Origin: Cystobasidiomycetes sp. EMM_F5
Taxonomy: Eukaryota
Assembly (NCBI GenBank): GCA_051047955.1
Contig: JBPGPT010000012.1
Location: 1 to 64,000, forward strand
DNA: 64,000 bases
Direction: 5' to 3'
Part shown: positions 50,894 to 63,201 of the stretch, in pieces
How positions within the stretch are numbered: the stretch's first letter is position 1
Layout: each line of letters opens with the position of its first letter
Notes under the pieces: model-generated
What the model saw: the letters and a program-made list of their open reading frames with translations, nothing else
Told to the model about the DNA's origin: nothing
Databases searched by the model: none
Made by a program: the position numbers and the translations under genes

Positions 50894-53653
50894 ATGGCTT
50901 CCATCCCTCCACTCATTGACTCCACTCCACGGCTGTCCTATTTGCATCCCAGTCCCCGTTCGCAGACCGTTGGCGACCCAGCTGGACGTGTCCTAGTACA
51001 ACAGCAGTCACAGCTGCATCAGCCAATGCAGCTGCAGCTCATGAGCAACAAGGACGAATCCACTGTCCATCTCTACAATGTTCCAGCAGCAGGTGCGTCT
51101 TCTTGTCGGCCTCATGTGGCGTTCAGCAGGCGCAAATAGTAGTCGCGTAAAACGAATTCCAGAGTGCAAGCATCTACTGACGCCCAACTCCCTCCTTGTT
51201 TTTACACAGCCTCCGATGGCTATCTCCTCGACCTCTGCTCCCGCTGGGGTGAGTCTCGCTGCTTCCCGTTCCTGTGCCAGAACCGTCCTGAATCTTGATT
51301 TGTTCTGCATCCTCCTTTTCATTACCTTCCTGTCTTACTCTTCCGTGCTCCACCCCCACTCTGTTATCGATCTAACGCTCTCCTTTTCAGGCCCTGTCCT
51401 GTCCATCTCGCGCCAATCCTCAGAGCCCGGCGCGACATCTGTCGATGTCGTCATTGTCTTCGATCTTCCCAGTAATGCTAAAGAAGCTTTGAGACATTTG
51501 GATGGCGGTACACTGTTTGGCGCAATCCTGTGAGCCATTCATTCTCTCGCTCTGCAGATCTTTTCGCTAATACCGTACTGCGCTCACACAGACGAGCTCA
51601 ACTGCGTTCCACACTCCTCGCTCAACATCTAAAAACCTTCTCCACCCCTCCGTCCGAGAAAGAAGAAATCAACAAAGCTGCCGGCGGACCTCGCAACCTC
51701 TATGTTCTAAATTTGTCACTGGAAATGACTAATGCTGAGCTCGAGCGCTTGTTCTCCGTGTTTGGGCCTGTCACTCATGTGTGCATCATGGCTGTCCTTG
51801 ACAACCTTGGTCGTCGTCGCGCTTTCGTGGACATGGCTACTGGTGAAGCTGCTAGACAAGCTATCGCATCGCTAACTGGTACGACTGTTCATGGCTATCG
51901 CCTCGATATCTCTTTCGCTATCGTACAGCGTTCCGGAGGTCCCGTAAGTATAGCTGTTGTTCAGTATATGCCTGAGCAACACAAACACCGTTCTTCTTGC
52001 AGGTCACAGACTATCCTCCTTCGACACGCAAGCGTATTCAGCAGGCATCGTTTCACGTAGCTCGCAACCCGCAAGCAAGTGCTAGTGCCTACGTTCGTCA
52101 TCAGATTGAAGCTTTGAGCACTCCGCTCATCGCAGAAGGTCCACTTACATCTAGTCAAGGCGCCCTAGTTCCGTGGACTCCCTCTCTTCACACTTTCTCA
52201 CACCCTCGGGCTGCATTGCCACCCACAGATCAAGTAAGATATGCGTTGTTCATAACAATGGTTTGCTTCCCTGTGCTGACACTTTGCACATTCACGCAGG
52301 CGACCATTCCAGCCCGTCAACGAGAACTTTATGTCGCAAATCTCGATCCGGTCGCAATAGTTGATGATGATGACTTGGCTAGGCTCTTCATGCCGTACGG
52401 TATAGTGCTGAGCGCAAAGCTGGCCGTTGATGCCAACGGACATTCTATGGGCACTGGCGTCGTCAAGATGAGCACTGCTGCCGAGGCAGACATGGCGAGG
52501 ACCCGGATTCAGGGCAGAGGTGAGCTTGGTCCCCCCATTGGTTCATATGCCGCAAGCCATGTGCTGACACGCGCCTCAATAGTAATGGACAGTAAGCGCA
52601 TCGCTGTAACATTCTCCCCGCCCGTGAGCTCGCCTCAGTCGATGCAACAGCCTTTAGTGAATCATTGCTTTCTATTTGTACCCTGCGCTCCTTCCGCTGA
52701 CGTCGTGTTCCGCAGCACATACAGTCACCTCGAGCTCTACCGACCGCAGCTTCGGTCTCTGCCACTGCATCACATGACCCTAGAACTCCTTTTCCAAACC
52801 CGTACATGCAGGCTTTCAACCCATACTCGTCACTGACTCCTTTCTGGCCCGTTGACCCCGCATTCATTCAACAGCAAATGCACAATTACATGGCAAGCAT
52901 GAGCATGCTGCCAACCCAAGTAGGCGTAGGCAACACAGAAGCATATGCACAAACCTGGACTTCTCCATCCAGCCATGCCGTACCCATTCAGAAGCCCCGT
53001 GATCGATGCCGAGACAGCGGCGCGCACTTTTACGGTCAAGCTTCGCTCGCCAGTACACACGGTGGCGATAATTCCACTGCCTTCACTGATTCCATCCGCT
53101 CGGCTCGTGCCAATGTATTATCTCCTATCCACTCTCGAGAAGCGAGCGTGGAGACCAACACCACGAGTGTCGTCGGAAGCGCGAGGAGCAGCATGGATGT
53201 CAAGGTTGAAGATGCTACGTCTCAGCGTGACAGCGAGCCATCTTTGGCTGGTTCCATAAGCGCAAAGCCGGCCGATGACGGTGCTGCGTTGCTATCTAAG
53301 TCTATGCCAGCTTCCGGCAATGTGCGAGTACAGCCACAAGCGTCGACCACTCAGAGCAGTCGAAGCCGCTCAATCACGACAGAAGGATCGGGGCGCCGCG
53401 CAGCGCAAGGCTTGTACAATGCAGGCAATCTGTACAGAGTAGGTGCAAGTGAATTGTTGATGGACCGTTACTAATTCTGCTTTCGGCTGTGACAGACCAC
53501 TACTGAGATCACGCTCACCAACGATAGCGTGAACGCCCCACTCATCGACAGATTGGCGACTCGACCTAGCCTGATTGCTTCACGATCGCGTAGCACTGAC
53601 AGTGCATTCGGCGCACACCTCGATGCGACGTCAGCATCGAACCTCACAATCTG
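50894..53653 (+). CDS. Multi-RRM RNA-binding protein (about three RRMs plus disordered tail)
   Basis: RNP2/RNP1-like motifs TVHLYNVP, NLYVLNL...RAFVDM, ELYVANL...GTGVVKM. Last intron 53439-53494 leads to TGA 53653. Exon structure is partly uncertain. Confidence 0.75.
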
Positions 53654-54403
53654 AACTCTGCGACATCTCGCCAATTCTCCGCTGATCATCAGAGCCATGC
53701 CGATCTGCCGAATGCCGAACCCAACACCTTCTCTTCGCCAAACAATCACGAGTCGACATGCGCTCCTTCCTCTGACGATTAGATTGACACCTTTGTACAA
53801 CAGCACATTGCCAACTGATACAGATTCTATGCGACTTCGCGCCGACAATCGCAAGTCGATCTTACTAGAGATACATCAATCTCTTCTCATACCGGATATC
53901 ATTTTGTTTCCCGGCTCTCTACGAACACCCCCATACTCCAGAGCGCAGGGATATTGTGTTGCCGACATGCCACTTCGCGAAATACGAATTTTATGATCAT
54001 GAATGTCTTCTTCCTTTTCTACTTGTAAACTCTTTCTATGCAGGGTCATCTGGATAGGCCATCTGGATTCTTACGTAGCTTTCTTCAATACTTCGGCTTT
54101 TCCTTCTCATGATACAGTACTTTCGAAATAACGAAATCCTAACGAGAACCAAGATGAGCTGGCGGCGTTTCTCCAAACTAGACTTCGTTGTAACACAGCA
54201 CTGCAGACATACGAAACATCTGCAGACGCGCGAATGCATGAATGTCTCCTAATTTGCCACGAAAATATTGCTTCTTTGCATATGCCGCGCTTCTGTCAGT
54301 CAGCATTACAAGCTCTTGCAGCTATCGGATGGCCACAGTCTGTTGGCGAGTCTCCGCACTGACCACTGCAAGACCACTGCTGCTATAGGCCGCTCGCTCC
54401 GCC

Positions 54404-56492
54404 ATGTGTACGCTGCCGGCTTTCTCGTCGCGAAAAACTTGCATTCGCCGGCCTGTCAGAGCTGAGATAAAACTTTCTAATGGTCTGCAAAAACAGGCGG
54501 TATTCTGGCACTTCTGCTGGGCGGCAGCGAGTCTACAGTCTCGGCAGGCGCTGAGCTGTACGAAGGCCTTGGACTGCTGCAGCATCGTGGTCAAGATGCC
54601 TGCGGAATTGTTACTTGCGGTCCGAAGGGACGTTTCTATCAGATGAAAGGCAACGGAATGGTTCGCGACGTCTTGGATGCTTCCGCAATATCTAATCTTG
54701 TCGGCGGAATGGGTATTGGCCACGGTAAGCTAAGCAATAGCCCACCCGGCAATGCGAGACAAATGCATATCTCGTCGCACTACGGTGTCGCGCATTCATT
54801 GAGCTAGACTGATGCGGCTACTTCATCCCAATAGTGCGATACCCTACAGCTGGCTCTGCCCAAGCCGCCGAAGCGCAGCCTTTTTACGTTAACAGTCCAT
54901 ACGGTATCGTCATGGGTCACGTTAGTCGTTGCCGTTTTGCTTTCCGGGAATCTACTCTGACGCTTTCAATATTCTAGAATGGCAATCTCATCAATACTCC
55001 CCATCTCCGCTACTACCTCGACCACTACGCCCATCGTCACATTAATACAGACAGCGACAGCGAGCTCATGCTGAATATTTTGGCAGACAACCTGCAAAAG
55101 ACTGGGAAATTTCGTATAGACCAGGATGACATATTCCGTGCTATCGGAGAGCTCATGCGGCATTGCCATGGCGCCTATGCTTGTACTGCCATGCTTGCCG
55201 GATTCGGCATCATCGGATTTCGCGACCCCAACGGTATTCGACCTATCGGATACGGGAAACGTCTGAATGCGAATGGCAAAGACTACGACTACATCATTGC
55301 CTCAGAGAGCATCGTAGCGGACGCGCTTGGATTCACGGAATGGACAGACGTACAGCCTGGCGAAGTCATCGTCATCACGCGTACCTCCGTTCAAAAGCGG
55401 CAGGTCGTGCCAAAGCGTGTCTTTGCACCAGACATGTTTGAATACGTTTACTTTGCTAGACCAGACTCCATCATCGACGGCATCTCAGTCTATTCGGCCA
55501 GAATGGCCATGGGAGAAGCGCTTGCCGGAGAGATACAAAGACAATTGCAAGAGGCAGATATGACTTGCGACGTAGTCATCTCTGTTCCTGATACCTCCCG
55601 GTTAGCTACACTGCAGGCGGCGCAGAAGATGGGAGTGCCGTACAGGGAGGGATTTTGCAAGAACGGTTATGTTGGCAGAACATTCATCATGCCAGGACAA
55701 TCGATGCGGAGGAAGAATGTTCGCAGAAAACTGAACGCCATGCCTCAAGAGTTTGCAGGCAAAAATGTACTACTCGTAGACGACTCCATCGTACGCGGCA
55801 CCACTTCCAAGGAGATTATACAAATGGCTAGAGACGCTGGCGCGAAGAGGGTGGTCATGGCTTCGTGCGCTCCGTCAATCCGCTATTCCAATGTGTACGG
55901 AATAGATATGCCTTCTCGGAAAGAGCTGGTCGGTTACAAGCGGAGCGATAAGGAAATCGCACAAGCGATTGGCGCCGACCTCGTCATTTTCCAGAAACTC
56001 GATGATCTTATCGAGTCATGCCGTAAATTCAACCCCTCCTTGGAGACATTCGAGTGTTCTGTGTTTACAGGCGAGTACGTGACTGGTGGTGTAGACGAGC
56101 AATATCTACAGCATATACAAGGGCTCAGGGAAGACAGCGCTAAAGCCAAGAAAGCATCTGGGCGGGGCGGAATGTCCATTGCGGATGTGAATGGCGTATC
56201 TGTTACACACCATGGGTTGACGAACGGCGAGCAAGATGAGAACCTGCTTGGCTGCTCGGGGCCAATGAATTCTGCCGATGCAATTGGCTTGTATAACGAG
56301 CCTTCTGGCTTGAAGCGGAAAGGGTCCGTTTCAAGGTCAGCGGACAGTGCTCATCACAGCTCTAGCGTGGGACTGTCGAACTCCTTCTACTCCGGGCTTG
56401 CGTCAATGGACATCAACGATACAGGCGTCTCGGAAGGAGCTAATGCAGTTGCAGGAGGAGCAGGCGATGCAACGCAGACTGCCGCCAGCTAG
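54404..56492 (+). CDS. ADE4: Amidophosphoribosyltransferase (glutamine PRPP amidotransferase)
   Basis: Spliced MCGILAL, plus [61 protein letters not shown]. Confidence 0.97.
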
Positions 56493-56606
56493 TCGCATTC
56501 GACACGCATTCCCTACGTGTTGCCTGCTTGCAGTAGTAGTACAGAGGCTTTTGATGTTGTCAACATAATCAAGTACATTCGAGTGGTAATTGCGGCTGTT
56601 CTTACT

Positions 56607-57305
56607 TTATACCTCATCTTCATCCTCAGACACCGCATCTCCTTCGTTGGCCATACTACCCCTGCTCACGGCTTCTGCCATATCCTCGCCGCCTGAACTG
56701 GCCTTACTTCCATTCGCACCCTTCTGAGTTGCACTCAGCCGTTGCCCTGCATGTCCGCAATCAGTACGCGATCTGCGGAGTCAAAACTGGTACAACTTAC
56801 GTATCAGGGTGTTGATGGCTGCTTGCGTGCGTGGCCTTAGCTTGTCCAAGCGTTTCTCTAAATCTCGTTTCAGATCCCAGTTTGGCTTTTTCGGTTGTAT
56901 ATTTGTTAAATCGAGCTCCTGCTTCCTTCTTTCTTCGTCCGCAATGATGGCTTCTCGAGCCAAGTTTGCCGTTGCCTTTTCTACGGTGTCTTCCTCGTCG
57001 AGCACCTTATCATGCCTTCGAGCCTGACCTGTATTGGGATCATATGACCTGAATTTAAATTCCAGCCTGTAATCCTCATCAGACAGGCTCGGTAAGCATA
57101 TATTGAGATATCTACCTTGCTGCCTTAGAGTTTGGTTCTGCCGTCTCCCCCGTGTCTACATTGCCATTTTCCGCCTCGGCTTTCCGTTTTCTATTGCAGG
57201 CAAAAAACAAGTCAACCAGATACTGTAACCGCTAGTCTGTGTACTTTACCTTAAAGCAATCAGTTTTTCTTTGCGTGCCGCTGCCGCTTCTTCCAGCGCG
57301 CTCAT
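56607..57305 (-). CDS. cwf18: Pre-mRNA splicing factor Cwf18/CCDC12
   Basis: Motifs AAARKEKLIALRKRK, FRSYDP, DLTNIQPKKPNWDLKRDLEKRLDKL, LIRQRL. Confidence 0.9.
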
Positions 57306-57742
57306 GACGGACGGGCTGCTGTCTATAAACAAATATCGAATGGAAAAGTGTCAGCGCCGGTCTGGATGGAACATGTTCTTATGGATTGAAGGTCCATGAA
57401 GCTGTTGGCGTCATTCATGTAATGTGTGTCCGCATGGAAAGGCTTGTCCGGAGATGTCGCCGTTCTTAGAGTAGCGGTTCTAATGCTGTAGGTGTGTTTA
57501 ATCTTCCGCGTAGCGTCGTATCGTGTAGTAGCGTTGGACAGCAGGTTCACGAGACTCACTTTGACGCCTGCAATCCGGAATACAGCAAGGGGCAGTACAG
57601 TGGGCGTTGTCGAAAGACTGTCTTCCGCCACAGCGCTAATGGTAAACGACTCGGAAATTATTCTAGGACATTTACAACGACAAAACTGCTCTAGCAGGCA
57701 GAAAGACGCTTCTATTATTTGCGTTCATGCAAGACAGTATCT

Positions 57743-60329
57743 CTAGCAGCTGGGTACGTTGACAGGTATCTTGACGGAAGTAGCAAGACCGCCTGAACGA
57801 TGAAATGATTCAGCAAGCCGATTGTCAGGGCAGAGGAAGACCTATAAGCATACCCAAACTGGTTTCCTTGAACTTTGTGTGCATATCGCGACCTATGTCG
57901 CGCATCGCTGCTATGACTTCATCGAGTGTAACGAAATGTTGGCCGTCTCCGCTGAGAGCAAGCTGAGCAGCTGTAATAGCTTTCACGCTTCCCATTGAAT
58001 TGCCTGACAAAGTTGCGACTCAGCCGCGCATTTGACGCAATGTGAGTGGGACGGAACTCACGCTCGATGCATGGCACCTGCACCAGGCCTTCTACAGGGT
58101 CACAACTGCTTCCCAGATTGTGCTCTAAACCTGCATTCATATACGCGTAGTCACGTCACTCAGCTACCAGCGGAGTAGCGAGGTACAGGCTGCAAATCAC
58201 CTATCTCCGCAGCTTGTAAAACTTGCTCAACACTGCCGCCCATGCAGGCTGTGAAGCCAGCAGCTGCCATCGAACAGGCTACGCCTATCTCGGCCTGGCA
58301 TCCTCCCTCTGCAGCTGAAATTGTCGCCCCTCTTTTGACCAGCATGCCTATACATAGGATACCGTCAGTGTAGTTGCTGATGGCGGCGGGAATGTTCCGA
58401 CCTATTGATGCAGCAGTGAGAAGGAAGGTGAGAACATCCGCCTCTCGGTCATGCGAAATAAATTCGACCAGGTATCTACAAACAGTGAGCATGTGCGACT
58501 TTACTATCATGTAAAGGTACTCACTTTAACACAGCAGGAATGACCCCGGCAGCCCCATTAGTCGGGGCAGTGACAACTTTGCCCATCGAAGCGCTACATG
58601 TTCACTTTCAGCTGCATGTAAGAGGCAGAGCATATGACTTACTTGACCTCGTTGACCGCGATAGCATATGCTGATAAGAATTGCATGATTGGAAATACAG
58701 TTCGACGCTTTGGTGTAGGTCTGAGAGGATGATCCAGCTGACCAGTGATAGTTGGCACTGATTTCAGCTTGTCGTCGCCGAAAGACACATCGGTGACCGA
58801 AGCATGCGCCTGCATGCCCTGTGCTTGCGATGCCTCAAGCCTCGGAGGCTGATTCATTGCTTCTGGAACCTCTGGATAGAACCCACGCATCAAGTCACGA
58901 TACAAAGACGGAGCTCGGCGCCTCAGCTTAAGGCCGCCGGGAAGGACTTTCTCGGTGCTGGATACGCCTGGATGTGATGACCTTCAATTTGAAGAGCCAA
59001 GACCCCTTGTTGGAGCCCGACTCACCTTCCCGTATGCATTGATCCATGACGCTCCACAAAGCCAACGTTTTCTTCCTGATATCCGCATCACTCAGATAGT
59101 GCCGCTCGTTGTTCCATACGACCTGTGCGATCGTGAGATTCTTCTCCTTGCATATCAACAGTAGATCTGCGGCTGTCGTGAACGGCATGGGCGGGGCCGC
59201 CCATTTGGTGCTGTCTTGATCTGAAGCATCGCTCGCCGGTGTGGCAATTGTTGTGCTCTGGGCTGGTAGGATGGTCTCACCCGGGTGACGGATGACCACA
59301 TCACCTCCGGCTCCATGATCTTGCTGTCGTCTCGCTGGATCTGCGGCTTCGCGATTGATTTGCTTGTAGTAGACATTTTCGCCTCCCAGCTGAAGGGAGT
59401 GGGGGTTCACGATGAATCCTCCGCCGATGCTAACAGAGGTATTAGCGAGTACTTCGCCTCACATTTGGTGTGCTGTTGCACGCATGAACCCGAACTTACC
59501 TGTAATACTGATTCAAGGCCAGGAGATCACCATTAGCGGTATATGTCGAGAAAGCCATCCCGTTCGGATGTTCTGGTAGGACAGCGTCCCATCTCCAACG
59601 GATATCCTTCTCCACATCGAAGTTGATCTTGTGGTTGCCGGCGAGGGATACTATTGAAGGAGCAACTCAGTTCTGATTGCATGGCCTTCGCTAATCTTCG
59701 CGAGACGGACAAGCCCTTGTATCCAGAATGCTCCGAAAATTTGGTTGGATGATTGCTGTATCGACCGTTTCGCAATCGTAGCCTGTTTACGACCCACATT
59801 TGCATCTGTGGGGAGCGGTTCAAACCTGACTTCCCTACCTTGGAAGCCCATGAGCAACGCTTCAACCGTAGCGTGACCCTTCCCGGTAGCAGCAAGAGAT
59901 CCATACAGCGTAATCTTCAGAGTGTGTGTCTGTTCGAGCAACCCTGCCTTCGTCAAGTCGCCGATAAATATGCCTGCGGCCCTCCATGGTCCGACTGTGT
60001 GCGACGAGCTGGGGCCAACGCCTTGTGTAGCACGTCCGTGTCAGCGGCTAGACTGTGTGCAATTGGATTGTCGCACCGATAGAAAAGAGGTCAAATGCTG
60101 TCACGATAAACAATGCGAAATCAGTTTGCGTGCCCGTTGTTGATAGACGATAATTGCACAGCGCACTCGAGATAACAGCATGAGGTGACTGCTTCTTGTC
60201 GACTGGTATCGCTGGGCTTGCTATTGGCACACTCAGATGCCGTTTCATCCCAAGTTGCGCAACCCATGACCGCGTTGATGCGGACGAGCGGCTCCGGCGA
60301 TAGCTGGACAGAGCAGCAGATCTGAACAT
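57743..60329 (-). CDS. Iron-sulfur-dependent L-serine dehydratase (SdaA-type, single chain) with mitochondrial-like presequence
   Basis: Motifs [95 protein letters not shown]. About a dozen introns; frame is intact where checked. Confidence 0.93.
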
Positions 60330-60566
60330 GTTGATTACTTGACATGGCGAAATACAAGTCGCGAGGCTCGCTATCATTAATCATTGTATGGCCAGCAGAT
60401 GCCGCAACGGTCCGCCTGATAAGAATAGGGGCACAAGCTATGCGGATATGTACACCTTCGGACATGTCTAATTCCATGTTTCACGATGCTACATGACTGA
60501 ATGATATGCTCTAAAGGCTTGCGACCTAGCAGAAGAGAATAAGTCAGATTGTTATTATCGTTGGTG

Positions 60567-62737
60567 TTAGAAGCTCACCAGTCTAGATTTTGATCTCAAC
60601 CGTCTTCCATATACGTAGAACACGAAGGGCACGACTGCCAATGCAGCTGCGATGCAGCCCAACAGTGTACACGCAAAGCCTATGCCCAAGTTGTGGAAAA
60701 GAGGCTGGGCTACCAAAGGGAGGGCGGCACTATGGACACGCACCATCAGCCTCACAATGTTGTAATAGATGCCCTCAGCAAAGCGTACGCAAATATACTT
60801 CGGAGGAACGTGTTTGCTGCGACAGCGCTAGCTGAATACCTTGTATAGGCGTCAATCAGGTAGCTAGCTTGACGCGTCAGTCGAGATCCAAGCGCACCCT
60901 AAAGCCAGACCCACTTTATCCCGGATTGAAAGATCAGTAAGAACGCTACACCTATGGTTTTTGACAACTATTCGGTCAATAAAGGCTCTACGTACGAAAT
61001 CCTGCACGACATACCTATGAAGTAGAGCCCCAAAACGGACGGGAACCAATGTATACTAGGATCTGACGTCCATCCCAATAGAAAGAACCCTATCGGGAAG
61101 AGGATTGCGCCAAGACACATAGGCGGAAGTCTCATTTCCGGCTCTGCTCTGCCGTCGTGCGCATCCAGATGTTTTGCAAAAATGAGAGTAGAGTAAAGTA
61201 TATTGAGGGCAGCTGCGGTGACACAACCTATGAGAACAGCCAGAAAAGGCAAGCTGCCAACGAGTGTATTCCATCCACGCCCTTCTTCAAAAACGATAGG
61301 CACAGCGGCGAAAAGGAGATAGAGGATACCATACGCAAATGAATTGTAGACTGTGATACATGTGACCATAGGTTCTTGTACAATCATTTTGAGAGGTAGG
61401 AGAAGATTCTTGGTCATAAAGGATTTCAAGGAGTAGGGTGTTTCTTCTTGCTTGCTATGTAATGCCCATCGTTTTGTTTTCCATCTGAGTTGACGTGCTT
61501 TTCGCGTCAAAATGACAGGCGCAAACGTCTCTGTCAGGAATATGAGGTCCAGAATCAGGATTGTGCAGGTCAGAATGACGGAAAGATCTACTTTGATTTT
61601 AGCGTCTCTTCTGCAAATTCCCGCACAATGACAGCTCACATTCAGTCCACCGCCATCCGAGTTTACTTTGCGCTACTGCAGCGCCAACGACCGGACCAAT
61701 CGTTGGTCCAGCTACGACCGCGAGAGAATAGAATACCACAGCCGTCCCTCTTTGCCGCTGATCATACATGTCTGCCAAAGCTCCACCGACTGAAGCGACA
61801 GGGGCAGATGCGAATAAACCAGCAAAAAAACGTGTAATGAAGATTGTCTGAATGTTGTCGGCCGTTGCAGTCGCGGCACTGAAGCATGCAAAGATGAAGA
61901 GAGGAACCAGAACTGAAGGAAGACGGCCATAACTACGTTAGAATTTTGAATTAGTGTAATCTGACCGTGAAAGCAGATGGGTATATGCCACGTACAGCTC
62001 AGATGTTGGTGCAAAGATTACGGGTCCCTAAATCACACGCCGATCAGCCCACAGTATGCTTCTACGGTCTAGTAGCAGGAAAGCCTTACAGGTACGTAGC
62101 CAAGCACGAAGAGCGAGATGCCGAGGACACCAACTTCGCTCGAGATGCCAAATTCGCGACCAACGTAAGGAATTGCGGGGGAATAGACGGAGGATGCAAA
62201 TGTAGATGACATGGTGGACAGACCAAAGAGCATAGTCATGACGGTCTTTCTTCGAGGACTCCAGTTCTTTGGATTTTGCGGATCGGCTTTGTTATCGAAA
62301 GCAACAACGTTATCTGGCCATTCTCTGGTTTCCGGCGGGCCTTTGGAGTCTGCTCTTCGTCGACGCATATTATTCTTGCCCTTCTCGGCTGCGCTCAAGC
62401 CATCTTTCGCTTGAGGAACAGCAGTCCCCTGCATCACATCATTTCTTGCAGAATGTGCCGCCGTAGGATCTTGCAAAGTCTGATCCGATTGCGTTGAGAG
62501 GCGTTCACTATCATTGCCAGGCTGCGCATTATGATCTTCTGCTTCCTCGTCCTCTGAATGATAATGCTCATCGTATTCGTCGAATAGAGCGCTGTCGGGA
62601 TGGTCCGAAATCGCGCGTCGCACGTTGTGGAAGCCCGGCTGCGAATAGCTTCGTCCTCGAGTATTCATGGCAGTAGTTGGGCGCCTTTGCGCAGAAGCTG
62701 CAATAGTTTCCATGGTTGTTCTTCCAGGCGCATGCAA
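60567..62737 (-). CDS. MFS drug:H+ antiporter, DHA1 (12-TMS; Tpo/Flr-like)
   Basis: Motifs DPQNPKNWS..RK, STFASSVYS, SLFVLGY, ETFAPVIL, EPEMRL, GWTS, LPLVAQPLFHNLG. Confidence 0.92.
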
Positions 62738-63201
62738 CTGTACGATTCAGCCGAAATTAATCTGGCAGATCTGGCGGGGAAGGGAGCTTGCGAAGGGTCA
62801 ACTGGATGCAGATTTCAAGTTAATGGAAGAGGCAAAGCAGCTCTGTCGATGTAATATAAGAGTGAAATCTAGATTGCTTGTCTCATGCGGTACTCCGGGC
62901 TTCCGAAAATACTCCATCGGCCAGGCACAGTTGCGTCATGGAAATCAGCTGCAGCTGATATACCGGCATAACATCTGGCATTCAACGGGCTCATACAACA
63001 GAGCATTATGGAATGATTCACTCAAATGACCGAACAGAACATTGTAGAGAAACGAATGATATTAGATCTGTGGGCTTCATGGCCACACTGGGCATACACG
63101 TCTACTGCTGAAAAATTGCTGGACATTTCATTCTATGCACCGCCTGCGCCAGCTTGCATGCCCTGAAGATTCAAATGCATTAGATATAATCCTAGTTACT
63201 A

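Noticed and set aside
32059..56492. Apparent nucleotide-metabolism cluster (XPT1, CDC8, ADE4)
   Set aside because: The genes are spread over 24 kb and separated by unrelated genes, with no shared motif seen. This is consistent with chance.
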